From a virus (taxonomy: Duplodnaviria > Caudoviricetes), in IMG/VR virus record IMGVR_UViG_3300042445_001485: 64,000 nt of DNA; one strand, 5' to 3'. Shown piece by piece: positions 17,071 to 26,301 of this stretch. Made by a program: the position numbers and the translations under genes. The first letter of the stretch is position 1, and the number at the start of each line of letters is the position of its first letter. The notes under the pieces are model-generated. The model saw only the letters and a list, made by a program, of their open reading frames with translations, ran no database searches and had not been told where the DNA came from.

Positions 17071-17796
17071 ATGAATATACTAATAAGTGGGTGTAGTTTT
17101 AGTCAATGGCCCGATCAACCCGGAGGCAAAAATATTTGTTGGCCTGCGTACATACAGGGACATCAAGTCAAAACGGTGGCCGAGGCAGCCGCGGGCAATC
17201 AATATATTTGCGACAGTGTCATACGAGAAGTACTGGAAGAGACGCCAGACATGGTATTGGTCATGTGGAGTGGGGTCAGCAGACTTGATTACTTAACCAG
17301 TTTAGAAGACTCTGCCTGGGACAGTCTGTTTGACAGCTATGGTTTCTACCGCAGGCTCCCCGGTAACAAATTGGGTTGGATCTTCAGTGGTGGACAAATG
17401 GGCACCTGGTTCAAACATCCAGTGGCACATAAAATGTTTTATGAAATGTACAAAGTGTCAAGTGAACTTAGTCTGGCACATATCAACTTGACAGAAATTG
17501 TAAAATTACAAAACTTCTTAAAAGCCAAGAGCATTCCTTATCGTTTCATGAGTTATGTAAACTACTGGGGAACTGGTGGTAATATTAGCCCCAATGGAGA
17601 CTTTGGTGTTGATCGGTTTCCTGAGTTGAGATACTTAGTCAACGAGATTGATTTTACCCAATGGATATTTACAAATACCAATAAAGATGGCATTTATGAA
17701 ATGGCAAAAGAAACAAATGATTTTATGCCCGACGGATTCCACCCCGGCACAGCAACACATCAAAGCTGGGCTGATTTAATTATGTCTTGTATTTGA
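17071..17796 (+). CDS. SGNH-like hypothetical protein
   Basis: ILISGCSFS, AGNQYI, VMWSGVSR, DGFHPG blocks; TAAATA upstream. Confidence 0.65.
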   Translation: MNILISGCSFSQWPDQPGGKNICWPAYIQGHQVKTVAEAAAGNQYICDSVIREVLEETPDMVLVMWSGVSRLDYLTSLEDSAWDSLFDSYGFYRRLPGNKLGWIFSGGQMGTWFKHPVAHKMFYEMYKVSSELSLAHINLTEIVKLQNFLKAKSIPYRFMSYVNYWGTGGNISPNGDFGVDRFPELRYLVNEIDFTQWIFTNTNKDGIYEMAKETNDFMPDGFHPGTATHQSWADLIMSCI

Positions 17797-18848
17797 TTTG
17801 CACCGTACCGTGTCCAATCAGTTTCCATGATGAGTCTGTGGTTATGTTCTAGCACAGGCTTTATCTTTTCAACAATTATATCAGGGTCTGTGCTACACAA
17901 ATATTTAACTTGTTCAAATGCCATTGTGTAGCGTTTTTCGTCATTGATCTCTAGGTCATAACTTTCGTCAATGACATCACTGAAAGTTTGAAAACCATAT
18001 TGTCTGAGGTTGTGTAAAAAATTATAACCAGTGAATGCCACAAACAATCGTCGTGCTATCAAGGGCTTGGCAGTTTTTTCACTAAAGAAACTCAGTGTAT
18101 TGTCATGATCAGTTTCTGCAACAACACTAAAGTAAGTGTCGTTAAACACCTGTATGGGAATAACTCGACTTAATCCTGTGCGTAATCCACAGTAGTCAAC
18201 AAAGTCAGCAGTTCCAATAATCTTCCCCACTGGTACACAGTCTGGTTCCCAAGCAAAGTACTGGTCTGCGTAAAAAGAGTTGTCGTTCCAGGCGCCACCA
18301 TAAGTCATTACAAACTTATCTTCTAAGTTATTAGACTTGACAGCGTTATACACAAAATCTCTATGTGGCTTTAACACACCCAGCAATGCATCAAACCTGC
18401 GTGGTTTAGCTATGTAAGGTTTTATTTCTGCTAGTTTTTGCGGCAAAGTCTTGTATACTTCACTGGTGGTTTTAAACCAATCACCCCAATAAACAATGTG
18501 ACTATTGATGTCTTCTCTATCATTTACTGCTCCTGGTACAACCCAGTACACATTATCACTATGACACAATTCCCATATACGCCAATGGAAGTTGTGTAAT
18601 TCACTTTCAAAAGTAAATACCAATTGGCTATGGCTACTCAATTGGCGTATTTTATCTTCAAAGCCTTGATAAGCAGTACAGTTACCATCATAGTCGCAAT
18701 GTAGTCGATGGGTGGTAAAAGCAATCTTCACAGGATCTGTGCTGGCCACATATTCGTCAAAGCTATGACATAATGTATACGCTTGATTAAATTCAATGTT
18801 GGGAAGCCATTCTAAATCAATGATTTCACTGTCACTGTAAACTATCAT
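17760..18848 (-). CDS. Hypothetical protein, possible glycosyltransferase-related (exostosin-like C-terminus)
   Basis: TYFSVVAET...FFSEKTAKPL...LRQYGFQTFSDVIDESYD...LEHN. Confidence 0.55.
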   Translation of the reverse strand: MIVYSDSEIIDLEWLPNIEFNQAYTLCHSFDEYVASTDPVKIAFTTHRLHCDYDGNCTAYQGFEDKIRQLSSHSQLVFTFESELHNFHWRIWELCHSDNVYWVVPGAVNDREDINSHIVYWGDWFKTTSEVYKTLPQKLAEIKPYIAKPRRFDALLGVLKPHRDFVYNAVKSNNLEDKFVMTYGGAWNDNSFYADQYFAWEPDCVPVGKIIGTADFVDYCGLRTGLSRVIPIQVFNDTYFSVVAETDHDNTLSFFSEKTAKPLIARRLFVAFTGYNFLHNLRQYGFQTFSDVIDESYDLEINDEKRYTMAFEQVKYLCSTDPDIIVEKIKPVLEHNHRLIMETDWTRYGANQIQDIIKSAQL

Positions 18849-18871
18849 ATTCTAAAACTTTTCCTGTCTTA

Positions 18872-19504
18872 TTACTCGTTCATGCGCCATTTGTTTTCTG
18901 GTAGGCCGTAGTCCCATTTTGGATCTATTTCAACATTCCATCTAGTAGTGGCAACATTAAAATCTGGTATCTTCATTTCTTTGGGATTACTTGCTGGTTC
19001 CAATATAACAATACGATTATTTGGCTGTGCGGCAAATTGCCCATTGTCACATTTTATAAAGTTAAAACTTTTATGATCCTCAACATCTTCACTGTGCCCA
19101 CAATCAAGAATGTTAAAATCTGGATGTGAAGAGTCCACTGTAAAAAGATATTCACCTTCCAACCAGGAGCCATCTTTCATTTTGATTTTACATCTCATAT
19201 TTGCTATCATTGCTTTTTTAATCACAGTGATATCATAGGACATGCTGTTCCATAATTGTAAAAAATCTAACGGATATGGGTCACCTTCTATAGGTTTCCA
19301 ACAGTAGGCATGTAGTGGAAGTTTGTCATATAGCGCACCATATTGATTCAAATACGATTCAATTCTAAACGCTTGGCTTCTTTGAGATTTTATTGTTATC
19401 CACCAGCAAGGTTCAAGTTCTCCATGACCTTTTTCAAAGTCGTACAGAAATTCTCTACGAACAAAACATTTTACTGGTGGTAGATTTGCAACGATATGTG
19501 CCAT
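18872..19504 (-). CDS. Conserved hypothetical phage protein
   Basis: 210-aa ORF (ANLPP...YGALYDKLP...GQFAAQPNNR) abutting iscA. Confidence 0.65.
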   Translation of the reverse strand: MAHIVANLPPVKCFVRREFLYDFEKGHGELEPCWWITIKSQRSQAFRIESYLNQYGALYDKLPLHAYCWKPIEGDPYPLDFLQLWNSMSYDITVIKKAMIANMRCKIKMKDGSWLEGEYLFTVDSSHPDFNILDCGHSEDVEDHKSFNFIKCDNGQFAAQPNNRIVILEPASNPKEMKIPDFNVATTRWNVEIDPKWDYGLPENKWRMNE

Positions 19505-19828
19505 TTATATCCTAAAACTTTCTCCACACCCGCAACGATCGCGTTCGTTTGGATTGGAGAACTCAAAGCCTTCGTTGAGTCCTTGGCGTACATAGTCCAC
19601 TGTCATGTTTTGCAGATAAACATTGTCTTTGACATCAACCAATACTACAAAATCATTTTGAGCGTAATTAATAATATAAGGGTCAGGGGTATACTCTTTA
19701 ACATACTCTAGCACATACGCAAGTCCCGAACAACCTGTAGTTTTTACTCCAAGGCGGATACCAGCATAGCCCTTGGCTGTGACTAATTTTTGTATTTTGT
19801 TTTGTGCTGTGTCACTGAACGAGATCAT
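19505..19828 (-). CDS. iscA: Fe-S cluster A-type carrier IscA (HesB family)
   Basis: GIRLGVKTTGCSGLAY and NPNERDRCGCGESF. Confidence 0.95.
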   Translation of the reverse strand: MISFSDTAQNKIQKLVTAKGYAGIRLGVKTTGCSGLAYVLEYVKEYTPDPYIINYAQNDFVVLVDVKDNVYLQNMTVDYVRQGLNEGFEFSNPNERDRCGCGESFRI

Positions 19829-20565
19829 AGTGTTTTAATAAATCCTGGTAAATCACTTTCCCATACTATCGTTACTGTGTAACCAAGTGATTCAAGGTGC
19901 TCGACCCTACCTTCGTCCGCTTGCCATTTTTCTTTAGCAGTCATCTTTAATTGAGAATGATAAAAGTCTTCTTTAAACAAATTTGGGTTGCAATGCCAAT
20001 AGTCGCCATACACTTCAATGATATGTTTTGTTTCTTCATTTAAGTAATCTGGTTTACATGTTCCTATACGCTTATTTGGATAATACCCAGGTAAGAGATT
20101 TTCTAATAGTCTTTCTTTTTTGCTTTGCGGAGAAGTTTTAGCAAGGTGTCCAACATTTTCTGTACCGTATCTTTCAAGATTAGTTTTTTTAACTTTCTCG
20201 AAATAACTAGGTTTATGTATCTTTCCTTTAAAATTACCAGGTAGCCCTTTATTCCATGCAACTTGTAATCCCTGTGTATCTTTATTCCAAGGAGTTCTTC
20301 CTTTGCAAGCATTTGACAAGTTTTTAACCCAAGTATCTCTATGCTGTTCTCTAGTAGCATATCGATCGGCATTCCAAGTTCTAGATTCTGCCATATCTGG
20401 ATTTCTTTGCCAGTGCAATTTAGCAGAACAAGATTTTGAACAGCACTCTATACCGGAACCCTTTACTAATGTCCCGCAAATAGGACACGGTTTATGACCT
20501 TTTTGGTATCCAGTTTTATTATCTTTTCTCAAAGATATGCCACATCCACATTTACACATATTCAT
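19825..20565 (-). mobile_element. Free-standing endonuclease (Vsr/DUF559-like C-terminus, PWNK repeats), putative homing endonuclease
   Basis: CKCGCG start, TPWNKD/VAWNKG repeats, KPDYLN...IIEVYGDYWH...GYTVTIVWESD. Confidence 0.8.
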
Positions 20566-20591
20566 AACTTTATTTAGTAAAGTTATTTGTT

Positions 20592-20978
20592 CTATGTTAG
20601 GTTATGTTTCTTTTTATAGTCTTCAACGGCTGCGTAAATTGCCGATTCGGCCAGGATACTGCAATGTATTTTGACTGGTGGAAGAGCCAACTCCTCAGCG
20701 ATGTCGCTGTTTTTAATACTTGACGCTTGATCAAGTGACATGCCTTTGACAAGTTCTGTGATGAGCGAAGAGGAAGCGATTGCAGATCCGCATCCATATG
20801 TCTTGAAACGAGCATCTCTAATAATACCATGTTCATCTACCTTTATTTGTAACTTCATTACATCGCCACAAGCCGGCGCTCCCACCATGCCGGTGCCAAC
20901 ATCGGCATCACTGGCATCAAATTTGCCCACATTGCGCGGATTTTCGTAGTGGTCAACCACTTTTTCTGAATAGGCCAT
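20592..20978 (-). CDS. iscU: Fe-S cluster scaffold IscU
   Basis: DHYENPRNVG, GAPACGDVM, FKTYGCGSAIASS, LPPVKIHCS. Confidence 0.97.
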   Translation of the reverse strand: MAYSEKVVDHYENPRNVGKFDASDADVGTGMVGAPACGDVMKLQIKVDEHGIIRDARFKTYGCGSAIASSSLITELVKGMSLDQASSIKNSDIAEELALPPVKIHCSILAESAIYAAVEDYKKKHNLT

Positions 20979-21109
20979 TATTGTACATCTTCCGTGTGTT
21001 TATGTTTGTGAGACTTTTTAAGAATCTTGAGCCATACCTGTTTCTCTTTGACACCATCATGTGCAAAGATGGCCTTGTACATCTTTTTTCTTAGTTTGCG
21101 TAGCTTCAT
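20978..21109 (-). CDS. Small basic hypothetical protein (43 aa)
   Basis: Manual translation MKLRKLRKKMYKAIFAHDGVKEKQVWLKILKKSHKHKHTEDVQ; stop/start overlaps at both ends. Confidence 0.55.
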   Translation of the reverse strand: MKLRKLRKKMYKAIFAHDGVKEKQVWLKILKKSHKHKHTEDVQ

Positions 21110-21420
21110 TGTGAGCAGGTCCTTGTTCTAGTAATGGTTCCATCAAAGTTTTGTACTTCGGTCCACACAGTACATTGTTGACTTTGTCCATAATAAACTG
21201 TGGACGGCGCCTGTTGTATTACAACAGGTTGTTGCACAATTACAGGAGGATAGTTCCGTGCAATTTCATAACCAATTACGCCACCGATTATGGTAGGAGC
21301 AATCCAGTTGTAATTGTGACCTGAGTGATATCCATGATGGTGATGATGATGCCTAAAACCATGTTGGGCCATGGCTGACGCACTAGCAAATGCTAAAATC
21401 AAAACTAGGATTCTTTTCAT
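21106..21420 (-). CDS. Secreted His/Gly/Pro-rich hypothetical protein
   Basis: Signal peptide MKRILVLILAFASASAMA, His run, C-terminal Cys pair; AAAGGAG RBS. Confidence 0.7.
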   Translation of the reverse strand: MKRILVLILAFASASAMAQHGFRHHHHHHGYHSGHNYNWIAPTIIGGVIGYEIARNYPPVIVQQPVVIQQAPSTVYYGQSQQCTVWTEVQNFDGTITRTRTCSQ

Positions 21421-21508
21421 AACTATCTCCTTTAAGACTGTACATATACAACGCCATACAGGGCAGAAATGTTGACGGTCTTATATAGTTATTTACATTA
21501 TATAGGAA

Positions 21509-21928
21509 TTAACTACGATTTGCAATGGCTTTGTTAGCCATACTGGATACAACTTTTTCCGGTTCAGTTTTAACTACATTCGCCCCTTCGGCTGATCCAT
21601 CTATTTGATCTGGATCGTCCGATTCTGTGGGTTGTAGGTACACATATTTGATACCGGTGCTTTCATCATCTTTGATATCTGCAATCAAATTCTTGACCAC
21701 TTCATTGGATTTGAATGCATTCATTAGACTGGGATTACTGAAAGTTTCGTTGCCATTGTGCATGTTTATCATGTTGATCAAACTGTCCACACGCACACGA
21801 GGTACCAGGTGTTTGCCAGCACTTTGATTTCTTAGGAATTCCAAAGTGGTGATAAGGTCTATATCTCCGCGGGCTTCTGCCTCGTCTTCAACGATGTCCT
21901 CATCATAAACAAATTCATTTAAACGCAT
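21509..21928 (-). CDS. Hypothetical virion-associated protein
   Basis: 139-aa acidic ORF in a tightly packed late block. Confidence 0.6.
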   Translation of the reverse strand: MRLNEFVYDEDIVEDEAEARGDIDLITTLEFLRNQSAGKHLVPRVRVDSLINMINMHNGNETFSNPSLMNAFKSNEVVKNLIADIKDDESTGIKYVYLQPTESDDPDQIDGSAEGANVVKTEPEKVVSSMANKAIANRS

Positions 21929-22629
21929 TATCTGCGCTCTCTGCCCAATTCTGCTTCACCGCCTGCGGCTGCATCAGTGGCGCCAAATGCATCACCTTCT
22001 GGTTCACCACCCATTGGTGCTTCTGCACCAGGTAGTCCGCCTTCTGGTGCGCCAGGCATACCACCCATACCACCACCCATACCCATGTCCATACCAGCTT
22101 CTTGTTCGCCGGCCAATACACGAGCGGCACTGTCTGCTGATTCACGACCTTGCTGTAATGTCTGTGATAGGTCTTGTAGGATTGGGCTGACTGCGTTCTT
22201 AAAGCCGTCGGCCTTCTCTGAACTAATTTGATCACGGATTGTGTCTAACAGTGCAGGCATCTGCTCGTTCTGCATCTTGCTGATCTTTTCCAACATGTCT
22301 TGGATTTCATCAACCATGCTCTTGGCGGCCAGGATTGCTTCTGACTTGGCCATTTCACTTTCAACAATGAAGTGGCGCTTGTTTTGTGCCATCCAACTGT
22401 GAATACCTTCACGGACCATCAACAATTCCATATACTGAGGATTCTTTTCAGCAACATGAATACCATGTGTACGCTTAATAGTATCTAGTCCTTCTGTAAT
22501 ACCAGTGGCTAGACTGTAAGCCTTTTTAAAGGTCATATTGTCAAAGTCAATTTTGAAGCCAAAGCGGCTTTCAGTAACTTTGTTTATTTTCCGTGGTGTT
22601 GGCTTGTAGCCCAGATCATTTAGTTTCAT
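21928..22629 (-). CDS. Hypothetical virion-associated protein (possible scaffold-like)
   Basis: 233 aa, helical, Gly/Glu-rich tail. Confidence 0.6.
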   Translation of the reverse strand: MKLNDLGYKPTPRKINKVTESRFGFKIDFDNMTFKKAYSLATGITEGLDTIKRTHGIHVAEKNPQYMELLMVREGIHSWMAQNKRHFIVESEMAKSEAILAAKSMVDEIQDMLEKISKMQNEQMPALLDTIRDQISSEKADGFKNAVSPILQDLSQTLQQGRESADSAARVLAGEQEAGMDMGMGGGMGGMPGAPEGGLPGAEAPMGGEPEGDAFGATDAAAGGEAELGRERR

Positions 22630-23191
22630 AGTTGTTTCCAGTTTCCCAAACTTTTAAGTATTTATTCATTCTTAAAGTTTTTTCTAATTCATTTCTAGCT
22701 TCGTTTAGCAGAAGTTGTGTATCATAGTATCTAGCGGCCAAAATATCAATGACTTCATGGTTTTTACGCTCAATTGCTCGATGCATGTTATACGAATAAT
22801 GATTAAAGTCTGCTTCTAACTTACTTAGCATTTGATCTGTTCGTAGTACAGTATCAGCTGATGAATATTTTGACTGTTGATAAAGAATGCTGTATAGAAC
22901 AGCACTTTTCTTGTGAGAGAATTCTGCTATCTGCTCATTGTAACGATTAAACAGTTTCCAACATGCATTGTTGTGTTTTATTACCTTGTGCAGGTTAACT
23001 TGAAGTCCATTTTTAATAGGTACAATCACTGGATTTGCACTATCAAGTATTAGTTTGTTGACTTCGGTCTTGGCCCAACTTTTTACATATGAGCTGGCCA
23101 AATCTGCGGCAGTCTCGACCAGTTCAATTTTGACTTGCCTAACTGCTTGGCGTTTGATTTTAGACTTTTTTGCTGTAGGTGATTTTGCCAT
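22616..23191 (-). CDS. Hypothetical protein
   Basis: 191-aa ORF overlapping neighbours. Confidence 0.6.
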   Translation of the reverse strand: MAKSPTAKKSKIKRQAVRQVKIELVETAADLASSYVKSWAKTEVNKLILDSANPVIVPIKNGLQVNLHKVIKHNNACWKLFNRYNEQIAEFSHKKSAVLYSILYQQSKYSSADTVLRTDQMLSKLEADFNHYSYNMHRAIERKNHEVIDILAARYYDTQLLLNEARNELEKTLRMNKYLKVWETGNNYETK

Positions 23192-23366
23192 CTGTATTTT
23201 TTCGAATTAAGACATCTTTGTTGACTAGTTGATTGGCTATGTATATTTCGCGCTCGTTTAGCTCACTGCGTGACACTCGAGTATTTGTGAATTTTCCCAG
23301 CACTTCTGCTTCTTCGTTTGTGATAGGAAGCTGTAGTTTGCCGCCGGCAATTTCAATGATTTTCAT
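23160..23366 (-). CDS. Hypothetical protein
   Basis: 68-aa ORF, ATGA overlap. Confidence 0.6.
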   Translation of the reverse strand: MKIIEIAGGKLQLPITNEEAEVLGKFTNTRVSRSELNEREIYIANQLVNKDVLIRKNTDGKITYSKKV

Positions 23367-23620
23367 TTTTGCGCTAGATGAATAACTAGAGCAACTATGG
23401 CTGTAATCAGTACACCAATTATGGTGGTACCAATGGCAATCAATTGCTTGCTCTGGCCATTATTAGATTGTTCAATGGCTTCTTTGATGTCCACCATATG
23501 GCCCTCAATTTTTTCCATTCGGGTTTCAACCCCTATAAGTCTTTTGTCCAATTGTTCATACCTTTCAGCACATAATTCTACGTGCGCCTCAAGGCTTTTC
23601 TTTTCAATCTCGGTGGCCAT
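23363..23620 (-). CDS. Coiled-coil plus single C-terminal TM protein (XhlA-like/holin-like)
   Basis: LEAHVELCAERYEQL coiled coil followed by one TM helix. Confidence 0.6.
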   Translation of the reverse strand: MATEIEKKSLEAHVELCAERYEQLDKRLIGVETRMEKIEGHMVDIKEAIEQSNNGQSKQLIAIGTTIIGVLITAIVALVIHLAQK

Positions 23621-23749
23621 ACTCTAAATTCGCTTTCAAAATGAGCGATGCGTTTCTTTGTGCCTAAGTAAGCCGTAATTGTGAGCCTTGATGGTGCCGT
23701 AGCATCAATGTAGTATTTAGTGTTTGTGCTAAAATGATATAGGTAATGT

Positions 23750-24202
23750 TTATCTTAGCAAGCCGGGCTTGAATGCAATGTTCTTGATAGCACCGTGGCT
23801 GTAAAATATAGGTAGTATAAATCTAGCTGTTTCATCTAGGCCTGTGATCACCGGTACTTGATTAAAATCTTCTTCTAATAGTGCCAACTGATCTTCATCT
23901 TTTTTATAAACATCTCTATGTTCAATGCTAAACCCCACAGCCCATATACGCTGTTCGCCTGAGTACATGTCCCCAAACAAATTTTTAACAACAAACTCTT
24001 CAACTGTGTCTGTGATGGGACCATCAGTAACAGTGGGCTGAGCCCTTATACCTAACACCTGTAATACTGTTTCCCAGTTACGCTGTTGATCACGAAGATG
24101 CTCTTCGCCGGTGTAGTTGCGAGTTATACCAGTCCTGGTAATATCAACCAGTGTAATTATTGTAAAGTGTTCTAGGTTGCTCATGCTATTACTTATGGCC
24201 AT
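23750..24202 (-). CDS. Hypothetical virion-associated protein
   Basis: 150-aa ORF (TLVDIT.TG...QQRNWETVLQVLGIRAQP). Confidence 0.6.
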   Translation of the reverse strand: MAISNSMSNLEHFTIITLVDITRTGITRNYTGEEHLRDQQRNWETVLQVLGIRAQPTVTDGPITDTVEEFVVKNLFGDMYSGEQRIWAVGFSIEHRDVYKKDEDQLALLEEDFNQVPVITGLDETARFILPIFYSHGAIKNIAFKPGLLR

Positions 24203-24234
24203 AAAAAAAGCACAGTCGAAACTGTGCTCTTTTC
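24203..24234 (-). terminator. Rho-independent terminator
   Basis: gcacag-tcgaaa-ctgtgc stem followed by a T-run on the minus strand. Confidence 0.7.
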
Positions 24235-24251
24235 GTTGAGTTAATTAAAAA

Positions 24252-24623
24252 TTAACCAAAAGTTGCGCCACTTAGGCCGCTGTAAATAGTCCATGTAGAT
24301 GTCAAACCATTGGCTGCATCTGCGTCAGTTGCTAGTTTACTAGCAATTGCTGTACCACCACTTTGGTCTGCTGAGCTATCACCAACTTTAGTTGGCAAAC
24401 CTTCAACCATGAATACACAGTTATCAGCGGCTGGAGTACCAACTACTGTAATTGTGCAATACTTGGCCAACACATTAACTGCCTTTTCAAAGTTGCTGCC
24501 TGCTGCCGCATAAGCGGTATGTATACCTGTTGCCGCACATTTTACGAATTTGATATCGCGTCCAACAAATTCACCGCCTGCGCCGCCAACTGCCCAACCG
24601 TTTGTTCTTGTAAATTCTGCCAT
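24252..24623 (-). CDS. Small virion protein, paralog A (MAEFTRTNG)
   Basis: 123 aa; shares N-terminus and leader with 24733..25158. Confidence 0.65.
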   Translation of the reverse strand: MAEFTRTNGWAVGGAGGEFVGRDIKFVKCAATGIHTAYAAAGSNFEKAVNVLAKYCTITVVGTPAADNCVFMVEGLPTKVGDSSADQSGGTAIASKLATDADAANGLTSTWTIYSGLSGATFG

Positions 24624-24684
24624 TTTATTTTTCCTTTAAAATATATGGGCTATTCGCCTCATGTAAATATTTATCATTTAGACA

Positions 24685-24710
24685 AAAAAAGCCCGCTTCA
24701 TTGCGGGCTT
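24685..24710 (-). terminator. Rho-independent terminator
   Basis: aagcccgc-ttcatt-gcgggctt with T-run on minus. Confidence 0.7.
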
Positions 24711-24732
24711 GTCTTTATGCCAAAAACAACTA

Positions 24733-25158
24733 TTAGGCTAGTTTGATACCGCCAGTTGATGAAACTGTTGCGGCGCCAACCCAGGTGTTAGCTAGTTTGC
24801 CGATGTTACCAGCACCATCACCAGCTGTAGTAGCACGAATGTTGGCTTGCAGGAACGTATCTGTCCAACTTGAACGCTCAACAATCACGCTCAACTGTTG
24901 ATTAGAGTCTGTTTGGTATGCCAAGATCGATGCCTGACCAGCAACGATGCGTAAGATTGTCTCAACTGCACCGCCGGTTGTTAATTCTGCTGCCAAGTTG
25001 CCTGCGCCGCCGCCTGTTGGGATGATACCGGCAATTTTGTATGCTGTGATTGGAGACCCAATGCCTGTGTTGATGATGGTTGCGTTGGCGAAAGCACGGC
25101 CGCCGCCTACATTGTTAACACCAGCTGAATCGCCGTTTGTTCTTGTAAATTCTGCCAT
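24733..25158 (-). CDS. Small virion protein, paralog B (MAEFTRTNG)
   Basis: 141 aa, Gly/Ala/Thr-rich; AAAGGA RBS; TAAATA upstream. Confidence 0.65.
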   Translation of the reverse strand: MAEFTRTNGDSAGVNNVGGGRAFANATIINTGIGSPITAYKIAGIIPTGGGAGNLAAELTTGGAVETILRIVAGQASILAYQTDSNQQLSVIVERSSWTDTFLQANIRATTAGDGAGNIGKLANTWVGAATVSSTGGIKLA

Positions 25159-25236
25159 TTTGTTTTTCCTTTAAGATATATGGGCGTATAGCCTCATGTA
25201 AATATTTATCATTTAGACAAAAACTATCCGTTACCG

Positions 25237-26301
25237 TTACTTGTTAAAGTGCGCCGCACCAAAACCTGCGCGATTTACCAGTTTGATCAAGCCTTGACTA
25301 GTGGGGAATACAAATCCCTCGCCAGCTCGTTGTCCGCCTGTCCACTGTTCAAAGCCCTTGACCTGCGGTTCCAGCTGTTGAGCCAGGTTGTCCTTGAGGC
25401 GGTAAATTGCGTTCCAAATAGCAAAAACAGCCGTGAGTCCTGCTTCATTTTGTATCAAATAGCCATCGTTATTGGCACCTATTAGCAACTGCACTTGTTT
25501 GTTACTGACATTGCTCTGTAACCAGGTGGCCAATTCGTCATTGGTCTGTTTGGTAATCTTCTTGTTCATGTAGGTTTGTATTGCACTCTTGACTGTACCG
25601 GCAAGACCCGCCATGAAATCATCTGCCAACTTGCCCTGTGTGGCAACTGCTTTTTCTGCGTCTGACAATAACTTAACAGGATTCTTTAGAGTGAATGTGA
25701 TGCCTGCTGTGGGTGTCAATATGGCCACATTGCCGGCGTTGGTCAATCCTGATTTGCCATCCCATGGAGCATCATTGAATTGATGTACAACTAGGCCACC
25801 AACTTTGCCTGCAACCAATTTTCCTAGGGCACTGGCCACAGGAATCCGATATTGTACTGTAACAGGCCCAAAAACATACTGACCGTCTTGGGGTTGTAAT
25901 ACTCCAGTCCACATCAAGTCGCCTTTGAACAGGCCTTGTGTTGAGCCCACTGCGGCTTCTAGTCCTGGCCAAATTAGTTCTATCTTGGCGTACAGGTCAC
26001 TGCGGTCTGCACCGCGTTGACGATCGTACTCCACCCAGGCTTCGGGGCTGGTGGGATACACACCCTTGGCCGGCATGTACTTGTCAGCGCACACAAACTG
26101 GCCTGCTTGATTGCGACCAAAGAACAGGGCAATACCACCATCCCACTTGATACTGCCTTTGCCGGGGTTGGCAATAATTTCTTTTAAGGCACCAATGGAT
26201 TTGGTGGCGGCCGCACTACCTGCAAAGATACTGTCCTCGGGGTGGGGAATACGGGGACCTTCGCCGGCCTCAAATATGTAATCTAAAAAATCTAATTTCA
26301 T
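25237..26301 (-). CDS. Conserved phage protein (DUF6267-like)
   Basis: RIPHPED...SIKWDGG.ALFFGR...LFKGDLMW...GEGFV...KLVNR. Confidence 0.6.
   Translation of the reverse strand: MKLDFLDYIFEAGEGPRIPHPEDSIFAGSAAATKSIGALKEIIANPGKGSIKWDGGIALFFGRNQAGQFVCADKYMPAKGVYPTSPEAWVEYDRQRGADRSDLYAKIELIWPGLEAAVGSTQGLFKGDLMWTGVLQPQDGQYVFGPVTVQYRIPVASALGKLVAGKVGGLVVHQFNDAPWDGKSGLTNAGNVAILTPTAGITFTLKNPVKLLSDAEKAVATQGKLADDFMAGLAGTVKSAIQTYMNKKITKQTNDELATWLQSNVSNKQVQLLIGANNDGYLIQNEAGLTAVFAIWNAIYRLKDNLAQQLEPQVKGFEQWTGGQRAGEGFVFPTSQGLIKLVNRAGFGAAHFNK

Larger units (their letters stand above)
24598..25223. repeat. ~90-bp direct repeat (24598-24687 and 25133-25223) covering late promoter, leader and first codons of two paralogs
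   Basis: ccgtttgttcttgtaaattctgccatttt...atatatgggc.....gcctcatgtaaatatttatcatttagacaaaaa present twice. Confidence 0.85.
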
